From an uncultured Clostridia bacterium (GTDB lineage: Bacteria; Bacillota; Clostridia; Christensenellales; UBA1242), in assembly GCA_946630785.1 (NCBI GenBank), contig CAMOZC010000003.1, positions 78 to 32,077 of the forward strand: 32,000 nt of DNA. The letters run 5' to 3'. The position numbers and the translations under genes are program-made. Shown in pieces: positions 8,081-14,994 of this stretch (position 1 is the first letter of the stretch; each line of letters starts with the position of its first letter). The notes beneath the pieces are model-generated. The model did no database searches, was not told the origin of the DNA, and worked only from the letters and a program-made list of their open reading frames with translations.

Positions 8081-9817
8081 ATGGACAAAATATTAAATCA
8101 TACGGCCGCACATGTCTTGGCGTATGCCGTAAAAAACATTTACCCAAATACGAAATTAGCGATTGGACCTGCTACAGATTCAGGTTTCTATTATGACTTT
8201 GATTTTGCAACACCAATTAAAGATGAAGATTTGGCAAAGATTGAAGCCGAAATGGCTCGCATCATTAAAGAAGACTTTACGGTAGAACGTAAAGAAGTAA
8301 CGCGTGCTGAAGCAACACGTATCATTAATAAAAATAAAGAAATTTACAAAGTAGAATTATTACACGATATTCCACGTGGTGAAACTATCTCAATGTATAC
8401 TATTGGCAATTTTACTGATTTATGCGCTGGTCCGCATGTTGACCGTTTGAGTAAAATTAAAGCATTTAAGTTGACTCAAATTACTGGTGCTTATTGGCGT
8501 GGTGATGAAAAGAATAAAATGTTGACCCGTATTTACGGTGTCGCTTTTGCTAAGAAAAGTGAATTAGAAGCTTATAATCTTTGGCAAGAAGAAGTTAAGA
8601 AACGTGACCACAATAAAATTTGTCGTGAATTAGGTTACTATACTTCATCTGAATTGGTAGGACAAGGTTTGCCACTGTTTACGCCAGAAGGTTCAACAAT
8701 CTTGCGTATTATGCAACGATTCGTTGAGGATGAAGAAATTCGCCGTGGTTATTTACACGTTAAGACACCTTCATTTGCTAAGAGTGATTTATATAAAGTT
8801 AGTGGACATTGGCAACATTATAAAGATTCAATGTTCTTGATTGGTGATGAAGTTTTAAACGACAACGTAATGGCTTTACGTCCAATGACTTGCCCAATGC
8901 ACATTTTGTTGTATCGTAGCGAATTACGTTCTTATAAGGATTTGCCAATGCGCTTTGCGGAAACGGCAAAACAATTCCGTAACGAAAATAGTGGTGAAAT
9001 GCATGGCTTGATTCGTTTACGTGAATACACTTTGAGTGATGGACATATCATCGTTCGTCCAGATCAAATTCAACAAGTCATCGATGAATGTATGGATTTG
9101 ACTAAGTATTTCTTGCAAGTCTTAAAGATGGAAGATGATGTTTCCATTCGTTTGTCAAAATGGGATCCAAACAATAAAGCAAAGTATATTGATTTACCAG
9201 ATGCTTGGGAATGGAGCCAAAATGAAATTCGTAACGCTTTGAAAGCACATAACTTGAAATTTACGGAAGCCGACGGGGAAGCAGCTTTCTATGGACCAAA
9301 AATTGATATCCAAGCCAAGAATACTTATGGTAAGGAAGATACTTTGTTTACGATTCAATTAGACTTTGCTTTGTCTGAACGTTTTGGTTTGACTTACATT
9401 GATGAAAACGGCAAGAAAGCTAAACCATACTTGATTCACCGTTCATCAATTGGTTGTTATGAACGTACCTTGGCTATGTTGATTGAAAAAACAATGGGTG
9501 CTTTGCCTGTTTGGTTGTCACCAACTCAAGTTCGCGTTTTGAATATTACCAATGCGCAAGACGAGTATTGTGAGCAAGTTAAACGCACTTTGATGGCTGC
9601 TGATATTCGTACAGCAACTGATTTGCGTAACGAAAAGATTGGTTTGAAAATTCGTGAAGCAACTTTAAAGAAAATCCCATATTGCTTAATTATTGGTGCG
9701 AAAGAACAAGAAGCCAACAAGGTTGCTGTTCGTACACGTGAAGGTCAAGATTTAGGACAAATGTCTCTGGACGAATTTATCGCGCTTGTCAAAAAACAAG
9801 TGAAGGAATTTAACTAA
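8081..9817 (+). CDS. thrS: Threonine--tRNA ligase, lacking the N-terminal TGS domain
   Basis: HTAAHVLAYAVKNIYPNTKLAIGP, DLCAGPHV, GAYWRGDEKNKMLTRIYG, MRPMTCPMH. Confidence 0.95.
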   Translation: MDKILNHTAAHVLAYAVKNIYPNTKLAIGPATDSGFYYDFDFATPIKDEDLAKIEAEMARIIKEDFTVERKEVTRAEATRIINKNKEIYKVELLHDIPRGETISMYTIGNFTDLCAGPHVDRLSKIKAFKLTQITGAYWRGDEKNKMLTRIYGVAFAKKSELEAYNLWQEEVKKRDHNKICRELGYYTSSELVGQGLPLFTPEGSTILRIMQRFVEDEEIRRGYLHVKTPSFAKSDLYKVSGHWQHYKDSMFLIGDEVLNDNVMALRPMTCPMHILLYRSELRSYKDLPMRFAETAKQFRNENSGEMHGLIRLREYTLSDGHIIVRPDQIQQVIDECMDLTKYFLQVLKMEDDVSIRLSKWDPNNKAKYIDLPDAWEWSQNEIRNALKAHNLKFTEADGEAAFYGPKIDIQAKNTYGKEDTLFTIQLDFALSERFGLTYIDENGKKAKPYLIHRSSIGCYERTLAMLIEKTMGALPVWLSPTQVRVLNITNAQDEYCEQVKRTLMAADIRTATDLRNEKIGLKIREATLKKIPYCLIIGAKEQEANKVAVRTREGQDLGQMSLDEFIALVKKQVKEFN

Positions 9818-10308
9818 TGTTGGTAGCCATTGGCACAGTTTTGAAACCACGTGGATTGCAGGGCGAATTAAAGGTTGAGATTACTTATAATCGCCCAGCG
9901 GTCTTTAATGAGTTAACTACGGTAGTTCTAAATGGACGTACTTATGAAGTTGCGCGCGGCAGTGTGCAAAATGGTTTTGCATACTTGCGCTTAGTTGGTG
10001 TTGATTCAATTGAAAAAGCGGAAAAATTCCGTAATCAAACTGTTAAGGTTGAAAGCGGTGATTTACATTTGCAGGATAACGAAGTTTTATCCAGTGATTT
10101 AATTGGCTTTGAAGTTGTACATAAAGGCAAAAAAATTGGCACGATAGCGTCGATTGAAAATTATGGTGCCAGTGACTTTTTTGAGATTGCCGTTGATGGA
10201 CAAGGTTTTGTGTTGTTGCCAAATGAAGATGATTTTATTGCTGAAACAAACATGACCACACATACATTGGTTTTAACACCAAATGCGCTGGAATCGGAGC
10301 TGGTTTAA
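9817..10308 (+). CDS. rimM: 16S rRNA processing protein RimM
   Basis: VAIGTVLKPRGLQGELKVE; followed by trmD. Confidence 0.92.
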   Translation: MLVAIGTVLKPRGLQGELKVEITYNRPAVFNELTTVVLNGRTYEVARGSVQNGFAYLRLVGVDSIEKAEKFRNQTVKVESGDLHLQDNEVLSSDLIGFEVVHKGKKIGTIASIENYGASDFFEIAVDGQGFVLLPNEDDFIAETNMTTHTLVLTPNALESELV

Positions 10309-10970
10309 TGCGTTGGACGATTTTAACTTTGTTTCCGGAAATGTTTGTGCCGCTTAAAACCAGTATTTTGGGGCGTGCCAGCAAGGCTGGTAAGTTGCAA
10401 ATTGAAATGGTAAATTTCCGTGATTACACGGTGGATAAACATCGTAAAGTAGATGACCATTCTTATTCACCCGGAGCGGGCTTGGTTTTGGCTTGTCAAC
10501 CGATTGCGGATTGTTTAAAAGCAATTGACCCTGAACATAAAGCACACCGTATATTCATGACGCCAGCAGCGCCAATTTTATCGCAAGACCGCGTGGTTGA
10601 ATTGTCGCATTATGAACATATTATTGTACTCTGTGGCCATTACGAAGGCGTGGACCAACGTGTGATTGATGCGTGTTTTGATGAGGTTATTTCCATCGGT
10701 GAATATGTTTTAACTGGTGGGGAAATTCCTGCCATGGTTTTGGTGGATGCAGTATCACGCTATGTAGACGGTGTAATTAATCAAGATAGTTTAACGATGG
10801 AAAGTTATGTTGACGGTAAATTAGAATATCCACAATACACACGTCCACGTGTTTGGAATGGAATGGCTGTACCCGAAGTTTTGTTTTCTGGCAATCATGC
10901 CGCGATTCAAAAATGGAAAGATGAAGCCAGTGCGGCAGTGACCGAAAAATATCGTCCAAAGAAAAAATAA
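10308..10970 (+). CDS. trmD: tRNA (guanine-N1)-methyltransferase
   Basis: TLFPEMFVPLKTSILGRA, LCGHYEGVDQRV, IGEYVLTGGEIPA. Confidence 0.96.
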   Translation: MRWTILTLFPEMFVPLKTSILGRASKAGKLQIEMVNFRDYTVDKHRKVDDHSYSPGAGLVLACQPIADCLKAIDPEHKAHRIFMTPAAPILSQDRVVELSHYEHIIVLCGHYEGVDQRVIDACFDEVISIGEYVLTGGEIPAMVLVDAVSRYVDGVINQDSLTMESYVDGKLEYPQYTRPRVWNGMAVPEVLFSGNHAAIQKWKDEASAAVTEKYRPKKK

Positions 10971-11004
10971 AATTAATACTGATTTAAGTAATTATCAAGA
11001 AGGC

Positions 11005-11034
11005 AAGCAAGATAAAATTGCTTGCTTTTCTTTT
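11005..11034 (+). terminator. Rho-independent terminator after trmD
   Basis: AAGCAAG (11005-11011) / CTTGCTT (11021-11027) followed by TTCTTTT. Confidence 0.65.
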
Positions 11035-11075
11035 GAGTTGAAAGATAAAATGTAATATTGAAAGGAAAGTAAGCA

Positions 11076-11921
11076 ATGAGCGAAAACGAAAACATCAAAC
11101 TTAACATTAACTGGTTTCCGGGTCATATGGCGCAAACATTGAAGATGATTGATGCCGAACTGAAAATTTGTGATGCGATTATTTATGTTGTGGATGCACG
11201 TTGTCCGCAATCTTGTATTAATCCTCAGTTTGATGATTTCGTTGGCCGTAAGCCAGTGTTGTTTGTTTTAAATAAAATTGATTTGGCAACCAATGGTGTG
11301 AAAGAACAGTTTACGCAATCTTTACAATTAAAAACACCTTATGCTGTAATTACGCGCAACTCGGTAAAAAGCGGTGGTGCCGAAGCGGTGGTTAAAGCAT
11401 TGCAGAAATTATTGGCGGAACGTATTCAAGCCAAGATGGCTCACGGTATTATGAAAACTTTGCGTGTGGCTGTGATTGGCGTCACTAACTGCGGTAAATC
11501 AACGTTTATTAATAACATGACCAATAAAGGTAAGACGCAAACTGGAAACCGACCAGGGGTTACTCGTACTAAACAGTGGGTGCCAATTACGGATAATTTG
11601 TGGTTGTTAGATACGCCAGGTACTTTGTGGCCCGCATTTACCAACCAGCAAGTTGCACGCAATCTGGCTTATGTCGGTTCGATTAAGGACGATATATTGG
11701 ATACTGTTGCTTTAAGTCAGTCATTACTGGTAGATTTGACTAAATTACAACCTGATGCAATTAGCGCCCGTTTTGGAGTGACTAGCTTTGAGGAAATTGC
11801 CAAAAAGCGTGGTTGTTTGTTGCGTGGTGGAATTTTGGATACTCGTCGTGCGGCCAAGATGATTCTTTCAGAATTCCGTGAAGGAAAGATTGGTAAGTTT
11901 AATTTGGATAAATTATTATGA
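11076..11921 (+). CDS. rbgA: Ribosome biogenesis GTPase, RbgA/YlqF (circularly permuted)
   Basis: NINWFPGHMAQTLKMI, NKIDLA, GVTNCGKSTFINNM, DTPGTLWP. Confidence 0.93.
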   Translation: MSENENIKLNINWFPGHMAQTLKMIDAELKICDAIIYVVDARCPQSCINPQFDDFVGRKPVLFVLNKIDLATNGVKEQFTQSLQLKTPYAVITRNSVKSGGAEAVVKALQKLLAERIQAKMAHGIMKTLRVAVIGVTNCGKSTFINNMTNKGKTQTGNRPGVTRTKQWVPITDNLWLLDTPGTLWPAFTNQQVARNLAYVGSIKDDILDTVALSQSLLVDLTKLQPDAISARFGVTSFEEIAKKRGCLLRGGILDTRRAAKMILSEFREGKIGKFNLDKLL

Positions 11922-12274
11922 ACGAAAAACAAACCTTAACCAAAGAGTTCGGTCAGTATGGGGAAGATTTAGCTACTCAATATTGTCGCAAACATAATTT
12001 TAAAATTCTTGTGCGTAATTACCGTTGTCGCTATGGAGAAGTGGATATCATTGCACAATGTGATAATGTCTTACATTTTATTGAAGTTAAGAATCGTTCG
12101 CATGATTTGATTCCTGGACGTTATGCAGTTAATGCTGGTAAACAACGTCATATTCGTCAGGTAGCCAAACATTATTTAGTGCAACATAATTTGTTGAACC
12201 AATCTTTAATTTCATTTGATGTAATTGAAATTACTGATGGTAATTTGGAATTTTTAGAAAATTGCTTTTATTAA
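11918..12274 (+). CDS. UPF0102 YraN family endonuclease-like protein
   Basis: GEDLATQYCRKHNFKILVRNYRCRYGEVDIIAQCDNVLHFIEVKNR. Confidence 0.9.
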   Translation: MNEKQTLTKEFGQYGEDLATQYCRKHNFKILVRNYRCRYGEVDIIAQCDNVLHFIEVKNRSHDLIPGRYAVNAGKQRHIRQVAKHYLVQHNLLNQSLISFDVIEITDGNLEFLENCFY

Positions 12275-12930
12275 AAACGAGCCAGTAAAAGTAAATCAAA
12301 TGTGTTGGTAGCGTTGCAGTTGGCTGCGATGTTACGTGTGATTTTAGCTAAGGCTTGATAAATACGTAATTTCTTTTCCACTGTAAAGTCGGCTAGTGAT
12401 AATTCATGATTGAGTGCATATAAAGCCAAAGTTAAATTTTCTGGCTTACTTAAAATTGGCAAACATGACAATGCCGTGTCAATCGTGTTTGCGGTCATAA
12501 ATTGATGTGCAGCCTTTTTGATGTCCGTGGTATCAGGATTGCTGGTTTCTAATTGTTGTATGGTTTTGTTTTCTTTGGTCTGGTGATATTTAATCATACA
12601 GCGGCTGCGAATGGTTGGTAATATACGGTCAAGATTCTGGCAGAGAAATAACACAGTTGTGTTGCTGGCTTCTTCAATGGTTTTTAATAATTTGTTTTGA
12701 GCACTGGTGTTCATTAATTCGGCTTGAAAAACGATAAATAATTTCTTGTCGGCAACTGCGGATAAATTAGATTGGTTAATCATGTCGTTAATAACATCTA
12801 CGGTAATTTCTTTTTTATCAGAAGATTTTTTAACCCAAAAAACATCACTTGGATTATATGATTTTGCGTATTCTAAAGCGTCTTGCTCCGCACTGACTGG
12901 GTCAGTAGTAACTATCAAATAATTCATCAA
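12271..12930 (-). CDS. DNA polymerase III delta'-like subunit (short form)
   Basis: MNTSAQNKLLKTIEEASNTTVLFLCQNLDRILPTIRSRC; adjacent to tmk; no Walker A motif. Confidence 0.75.
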   Translation of the reverse strand: MMNYLIVTTDPVSAEQDALEYAKSYNPSDVFWVKKSSDKKEITVDVINDMINQSNLSAVADKKLFIVFQAELMNTSAQNKLLKTIEEASNTTVLFLCQNLDRILPTIRSRCMIKYHQTKENKTIQQLETSNPDTTDIKKAAHQFMTANTIDTALSCLPILSKPENLTLALYALNHELSLADFTVEKKLRIYQALAKITRNIAANCNATNTFDLLLLARF

Positions 12931-13592
12931 ATCTCCAATGCAGCCTTGATTTTTTCGTGAATCTCATCTGGTGTTAAGATTTCACCAAAATCATTAAGGC
13001 ATTGAATTCTGGACCAACCGAAAAGCTCACAGGCTTCAATACCAGCGTTGTAGGCGTTTGATAAATGGTTATAATTGGCTTCGTGAATATCTTTTTCATA
13101 TTGGTCACCAATTTTTAGTTGTCCACGTTTACTGATTAATTCCATCGCTTTGGTGGCAGGTAAATCCAAGAAAATTACTTTGTCTGTGCGTGGAAGTTTT
13201 AAAATATTAAATTCAAAATCATCGAGCCAGCGGACAAAATTTTCACGTTCTTTGCGACCTTGAATTTTGCCTGCTTGGTGCAACATGTTTGATTGTACGT
13301 AGCGGTCAAAGAGAATAATCGCATCTGGTTTTAGTTGTGGCAATAATTTAGTCATTTTACAAATACGGTCAGTTGCAAACAATGTGCTGGCTTGATAGGC
13401 ATCTAAAACATTTGGGTCGTCACCGAACTCGCCAGATAAATACATTTTAATTGGTGCCGAACTTGGACTGTCATAATCGGGGAAGGAAACAATGTGAACG
13501 TCCGCACCTTTGGCTTTTAAATAGTCGTATAATTTTTTGATTTGAGTTTTTTTACCAGAACCATCAGTTCCTTCAATTGCATAAAATTTCAT
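12927..13592 (-). CDS. tmk: Thymidylate kinase
   Basis: MKFYAIEGTDGSGKKTQIKKLYDYL P-loop, FDRYVQSNMLHQAGK; internal ATG at 13592 is the likely start. Confidence 0.87.
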   Translation of the reverse strand: MKFYAIEGTDGSGKKTQIKKLYDYLKAKGADVHIVSFPDYDSPSSAPIKMYLSGEFGDDPNVLDAYQASTLFATDRICKMTKLLPQLKPDAIILFDRYVQSNMLHQAGKIQGRKERENFVRWLDDFEFNILKLPRTDKVIFLDLPATKAMELISKRGQLKIGDQYEKDIHEANYNHLSNAYNAGIEACELFGWSRIQCLNDFGEILTPDEIHEKIKAALEI

Positions 13593-13601
13593 AACAACTT
13601 T

Positions 13602-13631
13602 ATTATAAAGCATAATTATGGAAAATGGCAC
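13602..13631 (-). promoter_or_regulatory. Promoter of tmk, predicted near-leaderless, overlapping the divergent spmA start
   Basis: Minus strand GTGCCA (13631-13626), 18 nt, TATAAT (13607-13602), 9 nt, ATG at 13592. Confidence 0.5.
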
Positions 13632-14197
13632 TAATTTTTTTAGTGATGATGATTGCCTCGTGTGTTTGGTTATTGTTTCAAAAACCAGATGCAATTTTGG
13701 TTACGGCACTGAATGCTGTTAATGAATCGTTATTGTTGGCGGTAACCTTGGCGGGAATTTATATCTTTTGGATGGCAATTGCGGAAATTGCAACTCGGGC
13801 GGGCTTGATTGAAAAAATTGCTAAATTTTTAAAAAAGCCGATTAGATTTTTGTTTGGTAAACAAACGGACGAAGTTAACTCTTATGTGGCGACAAATATT
13901 GCAGCTAATATGATTGGAGCATCGGGAGCCGCAACTCCGGCCGCAATTGCAGCAATCGAAAAAATGGCGACTCCAAAACAAACTCAAGCATCAACGCCAA
14001 TGATTATGTTATTTATTTTGGCCGCTACGTCTCTGCAGTTAATTCCGACCACAATTATTGGTATCTTACAGGCCAATGGTAGTGCTAATCCAGCAAGAAT
14101 TATTTTGCCAACATTTTTAGTGTCGTTGGCTTCCACTGTTTTGGGAATTGTATTAGTAAAATGCTTTTGTCGTGAACGCAAAAAGGACGTTGAATAA
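13625..14197 (+). CDS. spmA: Spore maturation protein SpmA-like (nucleoside recognition domain)
   Basis: LGIYIFWMAIAEIATRAGLIEKIAKFLKKPIRFLF-like region and NMIGASGAATPAAIAAIEKM; paired with spmB. Confidence 0.85.
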   Translation: MALIFLVMMIASCVWLLFQKPDAILVTALNAVNESLLLAVTLAGIYIFWMAIAEIATRAGLIEKIAKFLKKPIRFLFGKQTDEVNSYVATNIAANMIGASGAATPAAIAAIEKMATPKQTQASTPMIMLFILAATSLQLIPTTIIGILQANGSANPARIILPTFLVSLASTVLGIVLVKCFCRERKKDVE

Positions 14198-14703
14198 TGG
14201 CGTTATACATTGTTCCGTTATTCATTATCCTTATCTTTGTCTATGCCGGTTTTAAAGGTACTGATACCTATGGCGCGTTTGTTAAAGGCGCCAAGAATGC
14301 GATTGCTTTGATTTGGGACATTTTACCTTACATTGTTGCCATTTTAGTGGCGGTGAAATTATTTGAAGCTTCTGGATTATTAATGGCAATCTGTGATGTT
14401 GTTGCTCCTGTGTTTCGTGTTCTGGGAATTCCCAGTGAATTAGTGCATTTCGTGTTTCTGAAGCCGTTTAGTGGGGCGGGGTCAATTGCGCTGTATAATG
14501 AGATTGTTGCCGCATATGGTCCAGACAGTTATATTTCCCGTGTGGCTAGTATTATTGCTGGAAGTAGTGATACGGTGTTTTATATTGCAACCATTTACTT
14601 TTCTAAAACCAATATCAAGAAACTGGGGTTGGCAATTCCCATCGCTTTGTTTTGTACTTTCTTTTCGGCGGTACTGGCTGCGTGGGTTTGTCGAATTTTT
14701 TGA
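14197..14703 (+). CDS. spmB: Spore maturation protein SpmB-like
   Basis: FLKPFSGAGSIALYNEIVAAYGPDSYISRVASIIAGSSDTVFYIATIYFSKTNIKK. Confidence 0.88.
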   Translation: MALYIVPLFIILIFVYAGFKGTDTYGAFVKGAKNAIALIWDILPYIVAILVAVKLFEASGLLMAICDVVAPVFRVLGIPSELVHFVFLKPFSGAGSIALYNEIVAAYGPDSYISRVASIIAGSSDTVFYIATIYFSKTNIKKLGLAIPIALFCTFFSAVLAAWVCRIF

Positions 14704-14718
14704 TTAATAAATTAATAT

Positions 14719-14747
14719 TTGCATTTTGCCATGTGGTATGTTATGAT
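14719..14747 (+). promoter_or_regulatory. Promoter of tRNA-Phe
   Basis: TTGCAT (14719-14724), 17 nt, TATGAT (14742-14747), 11 nt before the tRNA. Confidence 0.55.
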
Positions 14748-14758
14748 AATAAAGTTAA

Positions 14759-14834
14759 GCCTTCGTAGCTCAGTCGGTAGAGCAAAGGACTGAAAATCCT
14801 TGTGTCCGTGGTTCGATTCCGCGCGAAGGCACCA
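14759..14834 (+). tRNA. tRNA-Phe(GAA)
   Basis: GCCTTCG/CGAAGGC acceptor, D arm GCTCAGTCGGTAGAGC, anticodon loop CTGAAAA, T loop TTCGATT, encoded CCA. Confidence 0.97.
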
Positions 14835-14841
14835 AGTCATT

Positions 14842-14873
14842 AAATCTAGTGTTACCACTAGATTTTTTTATTT
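14842..14873 (+). terminator. Terminator after tRNA-Phe
   Basis: AAATCTAGTG-TTAC-CACTAGATTT followed by T-rich tract. Confidence 0.85.
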
Positions 14874-14994
14874 TTTTTACATGAAATTTTAGAGTCAATA
14901 TTTAAATTGATAGGGATGGGTTTATAAAAAAAATTACTGAACTGATTTGCCGTTTTGTATTGCGTTTTGGTGTGTTTTATGGTACCATTACAAC

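Noticed and set aside
13625-14703. Nucleoside transporter operon
   Set aside because: The paired small membrane proteins fit the SpmA/SpmB spore maturation pair better, especially the SpmB KPFSGAGSIALY and SDTVFYI motifs.
14947-14994. Upstream TTG start giving MPFCIAFWCVLWYHYN extension
   Set aside because: Extension overlaps the likely promoter; the ATG at 14995 is a better start. An N-terminal signal/TM extension is possible but unsupported.
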